This document shows, piece by piece, positions 8,828 to 17,522 of a DNA stretch of 64,000 nucleotides; the first letter of the stretch is position 1, and every line of letters begins with the position of its first letter. The DNA is from a virus (lineage: Duplodnaviria > Caudoviricetes), in the IMG/VR virus record IMGVR_UViG_3300028048_000001, positions 32,001 to 96,000 of that record; one strand, 5' to 3'. A program made the translations under genes and the position numbers. The notes beneath the pieces are model-generated. The model was not told where the DNA came from. It ran no database searches and saw only the letters and a list, made by a program, of their open reading frames with translations.

Positions 8828-11434
8828 TTACTCCCTTCCTCTTAATCCAGAAACCGGTTCCATAGGAATTTTACTTCCTTTTCTAGCAAGACCATAATAA
8901 ATTTCTTGCCTTTTTCTTTGTAAATTCTTTTGAATTGTAAGTAAAGCTCTATATTTCTTAGTAGAACCAGTAGACTCTGCTCTTTGAATTTCTCTATCTA
9001 ATACTTTTAATTCAATATCTATTTCATCTAATATTTGCATTTTTTCTTTTCTTGAAGTATAAGCAGATTTAGCCCACATTACTATAGGTCCTAATACTGC
9101 TAGTGTAGCAGCACCAACACTAGCTCCTGCTGAAGTAGCAACTCCAGCAACAGCACCTATACCGGCCCATGTTATAAGAATTTTTATAGATTTAGAAAGA
9201 CTTCTTTTTACTTGTCCAGTGATAATTTCTTCTCTATAATCTGTAGATAATCCATTTTCTATATTTTTACAGAGATGATTAAATTCCATATCAAGATCTC
9301 TAGATAATTCTTTTTCTTTAGTGGATAAATTTTTTAATTTACTTTTAACACCTGTCCATGCTAATTTAAAATCATTAAGAGACAACGGTTTCTTTTCTGG
9401 TTGTTTATATTGTTTATTTTCTTGATCAGATTCTGTATTATTTTTAATATTATTTTTCTTTATATCTTTAGTATTATGAGCAGTATTATAATCTACAGCT
9501 CCAGGTGTTTTCATAGAATTTTTTATTTTATTTGCAGGATTAAGATCATTAACAGCAGATTTTAAATTTACTTTAGCTCTATTAATTGCATCTTCATTTA
9601 TACCCATAACTTGAGCACAGAAATTTAATCTTAAATTATGATCTTCATAAATATCAAAAGGCTCTTTGTCTTTATTATAACAAATATATTTGATATAATT
9701 ATATCTAGGATTTGCTTCTTCTTTACATAATTCTACAAAATCTGTAAATATATTATCATCAGATTCTAAGTATGGACTAAGGATTTCATAAACCAATCCA
9801 GCTTCTTCTGCAGTAATTGTACCAGCATACTTTCTATCATGTAGTTTATCAACAATAGCAAGAATAGGGGTATCAATTAAGTTTTCAAGAAGATTAGTTG
9901 TTTCATTTAAATTACAAATTAAAGATTTTTCATATGTAGTAAATCCTTTATTTAATTTTTGATTTTCTGATATAATTACATCATATTTACTTCTTAAATT
10001 AATATCAAAACTATTTTCTCCAAGAGTATAATATGCATAAGAATCTCTATTATAAAGTATATTATTAAGACAATTAACAGTAGTATTTACAAAATTATAT
10101 GCTTCTTCTATAGAACCTTCATAATTATAAGATGCAATATTTGTAGAAATATGATTATTAGCATCTATATAATTCATAATATTATCATCATTAATATCAT
10201 CTTCATCTCTTTTTATTCTATGAATATTAAGAGGAGATTCTTTTGCAGAAGTTTTCTCTATAGTAGATAAGAAATCTCCAGCTGTTTGAGAATCTGTAAT
10301 AAGATTATTTATCTTGAATGGATCAATTTCATTAGAAGTAAAAGATACTCTTTCTTTATTACCATCAGCGTAATAAATATCGTTATTTATATCGGCTTCC
10401 CAAATATTAGTAAGATTTTCTACCAAACTATCTGTATCTTGAATATTATTCTCTTTAATAATATTTATTATATTATGTGCTTCACTTCCAGATACAAATT
10501 CTAAATTTTCAAAAATAGTTTTAGGATCAAAATCGATATTATTAATTTTAGTAAAATCATTAATAATATTATTAATTTCTGTAAGGGCAATAATATCATT
10601 AAGATTAGATTTTGCAATTTCTATAAGAGAATCTATAGATTTATTAGAATCTAACTTCCATCTATTAATCCTATCCATCCAATAAGAACTGTTTTTATTA
10701 GAAGATTCTGTTAAAAAACTGATATTTTTATCAGATGCTAAAGGTAAAACTCTAGATTCTTCTATAGCTCTTTTATAAGAATTAATATCTTCTTTTGTAT
10801 TACTATCTCTTAATAAAAAATAATTAGTTACATTTTCTACTATATTTTCTACAGGAATTTCTATTCCTTCTGAATAACATAAATAAGAAACTTCTTCTAA
10901 TACAATATTCATTTTAACAAAAGGAGATAAAGTATAAGTATCTACTTTTTCACAAATAGAAAATATTTTTTCTTTATCTGATTTTGCTTTATTAGAAAAA
11001 GATTCTAATTTAAATTTTTTAGATAAATTTTTATGATTTTTAATAATTCTATCTATTCTTTTATACATTTTAGCAGTTTCTACTAATCTATCAATATTAA
11101 TATCTCCAATATTAGAAGATCTAATAATATCAAGACAATCTCCAAGATTAGCATTCTCTACTAATGGAATAATATCATTAATAACCACTTGACAATATTT
11201 TTCAAGCAATTCATAATCATCTTTTTCATATAAAGATTCAAGAACTGAAATTGCAGATTTGTAATCTGTACATGAATTAAAGAAATTTTCTAATCTCCAT
11301 TTATATAGAGACTTATTAGAATCATCAGATAAATAATTAATATCATAATTAGATGATTCTGCAATACTATTTCTTTTTTCAAGATATCTTTGTCTCTTAT
11401 ACACGTACTTTAAATTTAATGGTTTACTAACCAT
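8828..11434 (-). CDS. Putative virion head (internal/core) protein
   Basis: In the capsid operon behind a late promoter; many hydrophobic-X-E sites; C-terminal small-residue hydrophobic segment plus coiled coil. Confidence 0.55.
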   Translation of the reverse strand: MVSKPLNLKYVYKRQRYLEKRNSIAESSNYDINYLSDDSNKSLYKWRLENFFNSCTDYKSAISVLESLYEKDDYELLEKYCQVVINDIIPLVENANLGDCLDIIRSSNIGDINIDRLVETAKMYKRIDRIIKNHKNLSKKFKLESFSNKAKSDKEKIFSICEKVDTYTLSPFVKMNIVLEEVSYLCYSEGIEIPVENIVENVTNYFLLRDSNTKEDINSYKRAIEESRVLPLASDKNISFLTESSNKNSSYWMDRINRWKLDSNKSIDSLIEIAKSNLNDIIALTEINNIINDFTKINNIDFDPKTIFENLEFVSGSEAHNIINIIKENNIQDTDSLVENLTNIWEADINNDIYYADGNKERVSFTSNEIDPFKINNLITDSQTAGDFLSTIEKTSAKESPLNIHRIKRDEDDINDDNIMNYIDANNHISTNIASYNYEGSIEEAYNFVNTTVNCLNNILYNRDSYAYYTLGENSFDINLRSKYDVIISENQKLNKGFTTYEKSLICNLNETTNLLENLIDTPILAIVDKLHDRKYAGTITAEEAGLVYEILSPYLESDDNIFTDFVELCKEEANPRYNYIKYICYNKDKEPFDIYEDHNLRLNFCAQVMGINEDAINRAKVNLKSAVNDLNPANKIKNSMKTPGAVDYNTAHNTKDIKKNNIKNNTESDQENKQYKQPEKKPLSLNDFKLAWTGVKSKLKNLSTKEKELSRDLDMEFNHLCKNIENGLSTDYREEIITGQVKRSLSKSIKILITWAGIGAVAGVATSAGASVGAATLAVLGPIVMWAKSAYTSRKEKMQILDEIDIELKVLDREIQRAESTGSTKKYRALLTIQKNLQRKRQEIYYGLARKGSKIPMEPVSGLRGRE

Positions 11435-11501
11435 AATTTAGAGCCCTTTCATATAGGATATTAATATAAAGTTAAATTTTAGATATTTAAAGAAAAATAT
11501 A

Positions 11502-11606
11502 AAAAATAAATCCCCATAGAGTTTTTTACTCTATGGGGTTAAGGAGAAATAATGTTCGCTGATAAGAAAAATCAGCGATGAGTGATAAAATGATATATTC
11601 TATCAT
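11502..11606 (-). ncRNA. Candidate sRNA A exposing an anti-SD/anti-AUG sequence
   Basis: Early-type promoter (11604-11626), 5' AU hairpin, hairpin TCGCTGAT/ATCAGCGA, single-stranded CAUUAUUUCUCCUU, terminator CCCCATAGAG/CTCTATGGGG plus U-tract. Confidence 0.6.
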
Positions 11607-11617
11607 TATTATAATAT

Positions 11618-12694
11618 TTAATTGAATTTATATATACTTTCACTGATTCTATCAGGTGTTACACCAAAATCTTTTTCATTAATCATATTATTTCTATGTA
11701 TATATAGATTTGCTCCAAATTGTTTGATAAATTCTTTTATTTGTTTCATCTTTTCATCAGTTCCAAATTCATCATTATCTGGATATACATGTACATCAAA
11801 GAAAAAAATTTCATAAGATACAATCAAATGAGTTATAAATCCTAAATAGCTACTTCCAGTAATAGCAGCAAATATACCATCTTCATATCTTCTTAAATTA
11901 TATTTTATTGATAATATATCAAACGGACCTTCTGCTACATGAATTTGTATTTTCTTTGGTATAGTTAAATCTATATTTGCTGGCATAACATACATTTTTT
12001 CTGTATTATCTATTTTATTATGTATATTATAATTTATATATCTTTTATCTATGCCTTTATATAAAATTCCTTCATTATACATTCTTCTTAAATTTACAAA
12101 ATTATTATCTAAAGATAAAAATCCAACGAAATTATCATTTAAAGAATTTATTATATTTATATGTCTTGTATAATAAGAATTATTATTTGTATTCATATTG
12201 TTCGATATATTATATCTATTATAATCTAATAAATCTTTTAAATTTAATATAATTTTTTGTTTTAAGCATTCTTCTATTGTTAATTCTACACCAATTCTAT
12301 TTTTAATATATTCAATTTTCTTATAAGCAAGATTTATATTATTTACATGATTATATATTGGATAATGAAAAGAATTATATCCTTTAAATTTATTATTAGA
12401 AATAGCTTTATTTATTAATTTATCAGTTTCTATTGCTATTTCTGGATTATAAATTCCCCATTCTATAAGTGTTTTACTATTTATAACACCAGATATTTGA
12501 CATTTAAAACAATGATATACAGGGCAATCATCTTTATCTTGTGGAATATGAATATACATATGTCCATGAGTTATATCTTTTGAATCCCCACATGAACGAC
12601 ACCTAACAATTATTTCACGATTTTGACTAGCTAATTTTGCTTCTGGAAAATTAGATATTATAAATTGAGCAAACTGCTCTCCAAATTCAAACAA
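11618..12694 (-). CDS. DNA primase (Zn-finger + TOPRIM), TTG start
   Basis: RCRSCGDS...H.Y...YHCFKC zinc finger; VAEGPFD and YPDND TOPRIM motifs; KDFG. Confidence 0.85.
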   Translation of the reverse strand: MFEFGEQFAQFIISNFPEAKLASQNREIIVRCRSCGDSKDITHGHMYIHIPQDKDDCPVYHCFKCQISGVINSKTLIEWGIYNPEIAIETDKLINKAISNNKFKGYNSFHYPIYNHVNNINLAYKKIEYIKNRIGVELTIEECLKQKIILNLKDLLDYNRYNISNNMNTNNNSYYTRHINIINSLNDNFVGFLSLDNNFVNLRRMYNEGILYKGIDKRYINYNIHNKIDNTEKMYVMPANIDLTIPKKIQIHVAEGPFDILSIKYNLRRYEDGIFAAITGSSYLGFITHLIVSYEIFFFDVHVYPDNDEFGTDEKMKQIKEFIKQFGANLYIHRNNMINEKDFGVTPDRISESIYKFN

Positions 12695-12763
12695 TTATTT
12701 TACCCCCTTTCACATTTATAATATTTATATGAAAGGATATTTAATTTTCTTCTTTGAATCTCA

Positions 12764-13141
12764 CTATAAAAATATCATTAATATTAATATTAATAAAATA
12801 CAAAGTATAGTAGATTCTACTAATAATATCCAAGTATTATATAATTCATATAATGTAAGTATAGTCATTAAACCAAATACAAGTAATAATCCGATACTGT
12901 TATATAAAAATAATTCTAAAAAGAATTTTATTTTTAAATTATACTTATTACAACGCTTATTAATAAATGATAAGCAAATAGTTCCTATTATGCCAATTAT
13001 AAAAACAATTCCTATTGGATGAGTATAAAATTTATATTTTATGAAATAATAAATTGTACTAAATATTAATAAACAAAAATCTATTAAAAGCATACATATT
13101 AAAATTATTGAAAATTTCTTTAAATTATTTATAATTTTCAT
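12764..13141 (-). CDS. Putative membrane protein (~4 TM)
   Basis: Four hydrophobic segments; AGGAG RBS. Confidence 0.6.
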   Translation of the reverse strand: MKIINNLKKFSIILICMLLIDFCLLIFSTIYYFIKYKFYTHPIGIVFIIGIIGTICLSFINKRCNKYNLKIKFFLELFLYNSIGLLLVFGLMTILTLYELYNTWILLVESTILCILLILILMIFL

Positions 13142-13160
13142 TTTAATGGCTCCTAAAAAT

Positions 13161-13187
13161 AAAGAGAGAACATATAGTTCTCTCTTT
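13161..13187 (-). terminator. Intrinsic terminator
   Basis: AAAGAGAGAAC-atata-GTTCTCTCTTT. Confidence 0.8.
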
Positions 13188-13195
13188 ATATATTT

Positions 13196-13663
13196 TTAAA
13201 TTTCTACATCAAATCTAATTTCATTATCATTTTGCCTTGATATATTTACAGCTCTACCAGTATTTTCTGTAGATATAGATATTACCATTGGAAGATTTGC
13301 TTTAAAAAATTCTTTCATCATTGGTAATTCACATATTATGAAAAATATATCTCTATATTTTAATAATTCATTTGGCAGTATATGAGATTTAAAGTTCATT
13401 TGTGATAAAGAAAACATAAATTTAGATTTATCTGTCATTAATGAATTAATGGTTTCTCCAATATGATTCATGCCATAATCATATATTATTCTACCAAGCA
13501 TTGATACATAAAAATCATCTTTTAAATTAAAAAATACTGGAAATAATTTACCATTATCATCTTCTGTAAACATTAATCTAAATTCATCATTTTTATTAGG
13601 ATCAATAGAATTTAAATCATCTAATTGAACTGACATTTTGCTTATATCTTTTATAGAACTCAT
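13196..13663 (-). CDS. Hypothetical protein (start corrected to MSSIKD)
   Basis: AAGGAG RBS before ATG at 13663; the upstream extension in the ORF track overlaps the structured RNA. Confidence 0.75.
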   Translation of the reverse strand: MSSIKDISKMSVQLDDLNSIDPNKNDEFRLMFTEDDNGKLFPVFFNLKDDFYVSMLGRIIYDYGMNHIGETINSLMTDKSKFMFSLSQMNFKSHILPNELLKYRDIFFIICELPMMKEFFKANLPMVISISTENTGRAVNISRQNDNEIRFDVEI

Positions 13664-13688
13664 AATATCTCCTTGATAAAAAATAAAA

Positions 13689-13899
13689 ATGGGTGAGGGA
13701 GGGATCTCACCTCCCACGATAGCTTAGCAGGGTCAGACATTCTAATGCCACGTTCAATGAAGAGTCAAATCTGGCCAGATTTCCAAGGTTGAGTTATGGT
13801 CATTATTAATGAAATCCTCTTCAAAGCTTATCCTCAGAAAAACACGTTCTTCTTCTGATGCTATCTCCCTCTTGCGTCTATTACTTCCGCCATCACCCA
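13689..13899 (-). ncRNA. tRNA-like structured RNA (~210 nt) with no anticodon arm and an expanded variable-arm domain
   Basis: Acceptor-like UGGGUGA/UCACCCA; U8G9 and Leu-type D arm GCGGAAGUAAUAGACGC; stem GAUAGC/GCUAUC enclosing ~130 nt; T arm GGGAGG-UGAGAUC-CCUCCC; GC-rich island followed by a U-tract. Confidence 0.7.
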
Positions 13900-13929
13900 T
13901 TATAAATAAGTACTTATTATAATAAATTA

Positions 13930-14175
13930 TTAATTAATAAATCCTAAATTATCATTTAATGCTTTTTCAAAATCTTTAAATTTTTCATTTGTCATTGTAA
14001 TAGAAATGCATCTTTTGTCATTAAAATTACCATGTATATGAATATTTTTAAAATCTTTTGGATCTCCATCTTTCATTGAAATAATAATACTATCTGTTTC
14101 ATAACTTTCTATAGCATACAAATTTATTACTATATCATCGTTTAATCTATATAACATTTTACAAGACTTTCTCAT
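13930..14175 (-). CDS. Small hypothetical protein, paralog of 14525-14749
   Basis: YRLN...VINLY.IESY ... F..FE.A....LGF shared; AGGAGG RBS; early-type promoter. Confidence 0.8.
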   Translation of the reverse strand: MRKSCKMLYRLNDDIVINLYAIESYETDSIIISMKDGDPKDFKNIHIHGNFNDKRCISITMTNEKFKDFEKALNDNLGFIN

Positions 14176-14289
14176 TATTGATTTCCTCCTTTTGTTAAAT
14201 AATATATTTTATATCATATTTATAATATATCTTTGAAATGAATTTATAAAAATTATCCAATAGGAGGAAACTTCTATTAGTTTTATAAA

Positions 14290-14405
14290 AAAAAATAAAA
14301 TTTATTGACCCAGAGTGATTAAACTCTGGGTCGATGGGAGAAATAATGCTGACCAATTATATTGGCCTAAAATGATAATAATGATAGAATATAATATTTT
14401 ATCAT
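14290..14405 (-). ncRNA. Candidate sRNA B, paralog of sRNA A
   Basis: Early-type promoter (14403-14426), 5' AU hairpin, hairpin GGCCAAU/AUUGGUC, single-stranded CAUUAUUUCUCC, terminator GACCCAGAGT/ACTCTGGGTC plus U-rich tail. Confidence 0.6.
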
Positions 14406-14524
14406 TATTATAATATCTAATTGAAATTAGATATAACTTCACTAATTTTATCTGAAGTTATATCATAAAAATTTATTTATTACATACTTCTACTATCTCT
14501 CACAAATAATATTATTTTTTTATA

Positions 14525-14749
14525 TTAGTTTTCTTTTTCATATCTTTTAATATAAAAACCTAATGTATTTTTAATAGCATCTTCAAACTCATCAAATTCT
14601 TCTTTTGATAAAAATACTACAATTGTATTTTCGAAACCCATTTTTATTTCAAGTCTTATTTTATTTAATTCTGTAACACTATACATATAAGATTCTATAC
14701 CATACAAATTTATTACATTCATACTATTTAATCTATACATTATGTACAT
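14525..14749 (-). CDS. Small hypothetical protein, paralog of 13930-14175
   Basis: Shared motifs as above; AAGGAG RBS. Confidence 0.8.
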   Translation of the reverse strand: MYIMYRLNSMNVINLYGIESYMYSVTELNKIRLEIKMGFENTIVVFLSKEEFDEFEDAIKNTLGFYIKRYEKEN

Positions 14750-14751
14750 TA

Positions 14752-14979
14752 TTAATTCTCCTTTTTTATTGTATATAATGATAATATTCCTGAATTTTTT
14801 GTAACAATAATAGATTTTTTATTTTTATGAAAATTGGATAAATTTATATATTTTCTTATTAATTCATTATACTCCTGATCAGTATATTCTGGATTATGAT
14901 TTTTACAATATTTGTCTAAATACATTTTACCACATTTAGTATTTATTTGTATTGCAGATCTAAATTGTTTTTCATTCAT
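14752..14979 (-). CDS. Hypothetical protein
   Basis: Overlap-coupled in the minus-strand early operon. Confidence 0.65.
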   Translation of the reverse strand: MNEKQFRSAIQINTKCGKMYLDKYCKNHNPEYTDQEYNELIRKYINLSNFHKNKKSIIVTKNSGILSLYTIKKEN

Positions 14980-15475
14980 CTTTATACTCCCAATTATTTG
15001 AAGTTCTTAAAGAGCAAGTGGTACAAGGTGAATTGTATTGATATTCTATTTCATTTTCCCATAATCCATTATTTTTACATGTTTTACATGTTTTTCTTAT
15101 AATTATACCATTTTCGATCATAATTTCATAATATAATTCATTAATCAAATTAATTGTTTCATAATTAAACGTAATAGATTTATTTTTTGTACTAAAAGAA
15201 TAATCTTGTAAATTAAAATTATTAATATCAAATGTTTGATTTTCTTTTAAATTAATAAATAAATATTCTGATCTTATTGTAAGATCAATTTCTTTTTTAT
15301 TTTTATAATTACAATAAATTTGAATCATATCATGAGTTACAACAAGTGGAGTTGTACTAAATAATTTCCATCTATGCAATAATGCAATATCTTGAGAATC
15401 TTGAGAACTAGTAGAATGAAAACCAAGTTTTTTAAATTTTCTATAAATATTAATTCTTTCTTTACTAAGTGCCAT
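14972..15475 (-). CDS. Hypothetical protein with C-terminal CxxC...CxxC
   Basis: CKTCKN...PCTTC...NW; AGGAGG RBS; early-type promoter at ~15514. Confidence 0.7.
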   Translation of the reverse strand: MALSKERINIYRKFKKLGFHSTSSQDSQDIALLHRWKLFSTTPLVVTHDMIQIYCNYKNKKEIDLTIRSEYLFINLKENQTFDINNFNLQDYSFSTKNKSITFNYETINLINELYYEIMIENGIIIRKTCKTCKNNGLWENEIEYQYNSPCTTCSLRTSNNWEYKDE

Positions 15476-15556
15476 TATTTTATCCTCCTATTAAAACTAA
15501 TATTAAATTGCTTCATTATTATAATATATTTTTAAAAAATAATTAGGTGAAAGCAT

Positions 15557-15760
15557 TTAGCTTTCACCTAGTTTATTATTATCAACATATGGCATAAATT
15601 CTAATAAAGCATTTTCAACTTCAAAAAATACATCTTCTCTATTATTGTCTTTAAATTTAACAGATAATACATCTGATTTTTCACCATTAAAAGTAATATA
15701 ATCTACATTATCCATATTTATTATATGCTTACCAAATTTAGATGTTATAGCTATTAACAT
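15557..15760 (-). CDS. Small hypothetical protein
   Basis: AAAGGAG RBS; IINMDNVDYI segment loosely like the two downstream paralogs. Confidence 0.7.
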   Translation of the reverse strand: MLIAITSKFGKHIINMDNVDYITFNGEKSDVLSVKFKDNNREDVFFEVENALLEFMPYVDNNKLGES

Positions 15761-15812
15761 TATAACTCCTTTTAAAAATGTATTTTATTATAATATGTTA
15801 ACAAAATAAAAA

Positions 15813-15842
15813 ATATAGGGGTTACAAAGTAACCCCTATATA
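15813..15842 (-). terminator. Intrinsic terminator
   Basis: ATATAGGGGTTAC-aaa-GTAACCCCTATAT. Confidence 0.9.
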
Positions 15843-17441
15843 TTAACACATTAAAATGAATGTTTCTACTTCTTCTATGATAATATTAATAGCTACTGTT
15901 TCCAATCTTTTTCCATTTATAGTAGGGTCTAAATCAACAATACTAAAATCCGATGAAATTATTGTTGCAATGATACTAAGAATATTATCAATAATATTTT
16001 CGTTTTTATATTTTTCTAATATTCTTGGATAAGAAGGAGAAGCTTCCACTAAGATTTTCTCTTTCTTATTTATAGTTTTTCTGCTTACAAGCTTTTCAAC
16101 TTTTCCAGATATAATATAAGGAAGAATAATCATGTTTTTACTTTTCAAAATCTTTTTAGCAGCGATAATTAATTTTACATATTCTTCTCTATTAATAGAA
16201 TGAATACTTTGTGTGTCTTTAAACCATCTATAAAACATTGAGAATATTAACTGTTTCTGGAATGGATTAATAGTGTAACCACCTTCTGGAGTCATTAATA
16301 CATTTCTCATATAAAGATCAATCTCTAAAGGATCAAATGGACCAAATTGAACTTCAATATTTCTCATGCAAACTTGTCCATTAATCTTATTCTGAAGATA
16401 TAACCCTTCATTCATTCTAATCAGATTGCTTTCAAATTTATCAAAATCTGATATAGAATCGTTATCTCTTTTTGATGAAGATATTGGAACATATGAAAAT
16501 TCAAATGATATATCTGTAATCTTATATGATGTATTTTTTCTAATACTTGCATAATTAAAACTAATAATATTTTTATCAAAAGTGTATTTCGGCATAATAT
16601 TAAGAATTATATTTTGTACCGAATCGGTAGAGTGAGTAGTAATATCTATTGATCTGATATCTTGCTTAATCCATATACCTTGATTATTTTTCTGATTAGC
16701 TATTACATTAGTATATGCAGTATCATATAATTTAGAATATATATCAATAGAAGTTTCCATATGAAGTATTCTATCATAAAAACTTAGCAGATAATCATCT
16801 ATATTTATATCTAATTTATGCATATAAGCATAATTAGTTAATAATGGTATACAAAGATCCATAATTATTGACATTTTATGTAATAATTTTGCATGTTCAT
16901 TTGTATACTGTAATGATGGGGATTTAATATTTGTATAATTTAAAACTTGATAATAATTATCATCAACCATCTGCTGAACTTTATTTGCTATATTAGAGTA
17001 TATAATATATCTTTCCATATCATAGAAAAACATTTCTATTGGATAAGATAAAACTTCAAATCTATCTATCTTAGATTTCATAGCAACTAATATAGATAAA
17101 TATTCATTATCTGTATCATAATAATTACAAAAATAATTTAAATATTTAAAAAGGTGCTCTCTCATTGCTACAGAATTGTAGCATTTTTTTGTTGATAAAA
17201 TAAATTTATTAAAATTATCTCCAAGACCAATAGATATATTGAAGTAAACACTTAAAGGTGCTATAAAAAATCCAGGTCTACAACTTATTATTACCTCTTC
17301 CATATCTTGAGGCCACCATTGGTCTACAGGAACAAATTTTCTTCCTTGATTCGATTTTGATTTTCTTTCTATCCTGTCCATAAAGTATATGGCAGGAACT
17401 TTCCCTTCTGTTATTTTATTAATGTCACTCATGTCGCACAT
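15843..17441 (-). CDS. Non-virion RNAP promoter-specificity (sigma-like) subunit, AR9 gp226 homolog
   Basis: Collinear with AR9 gp226 as recalled: LQYT....K.....S..M...IP.L; KLY...Y..V.........IW; I.PK......IS; E.NL.R..(E/Q)G; C-terminal EEV. Lies near a chaperonin, as gp226 and gp228 do in AR9. Confidence 0.8.
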   Translation of the reverse strand: MCDMSDINKITEGKVPAIYFMDRIERKSKSNQGRKFVPVDQWWPQDMEEVIISCRPGFFIAPLSVYFNISIGLGDNFNKFILSTKKCYNSVAMREHLFKYLNYFCNYYDTDNEYLSILVAMKSKIDRFEVLSYPIEMFFYDMERYIIYSNIANKVQQMVDDNYYQVLNYTNIKSPSLQYTNEHAKLLHKMSIIMDLCIPLLTNYAYMHKLDINIDDYLLSFYDRILHMETSIDIYSKLYDTAYTNVIANQKNNQGIWIKQDIRSIDITTHSTDSVQNIILNIMPKYTFDKNIISFNYASIRKNTSYKITDISFEFSYVPISSSKRDNDSISDFDKFESNLIRMNEGLYLQNKINGQVCMRNIEVQFGPFDPLEIDLYMRNVLMTPEGGYTINPFQKQLIFSMFYRWFKDTQSIHSINREEYVKLIIAAKKILKSKNMIILPYIISGKVEKLVSRKTINKKEKILVEASPSYPRILEKYKNENIIDNILSIIATIISSDFSIVDLDPTINGKRLETVAINIIIEEVETFILMC

Positions 17442-17522
17442 TTCTCCCTAATGCACAATATAGTTAATAAGTTATACTTTTTCAAGTATCATATTTATAA
17501 TATATATCTATTATAAATTTTA

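Noticed and set aside
13664-13717. N-terminal extension MGGEIPPSP of the 173-aa ORF
   Set aside because: Overlaps the T arm/acceptor stem of the tRNA-like RNA; the good RBS is at the downstream ATG
13689-13899. Canonical tRNA-Leu, intron-containing tRNA or tmRNA
   Set aside because: No anticodon stem-loop, no group I core, no G3-U70 or encoded CCA, and too short for tmRNA
13754-13900. 48-codon minus-strand ORF through the tRNA-like RNA
   Set aside because: No RBS; the GC content is explained by base pairing
14257-14284. Plus-strand GAAA hairpin AATAGGAG/CTTCTATT
   Set aside because: Real hairpin, but no plus-strand gene upstream; function cannot be assigned
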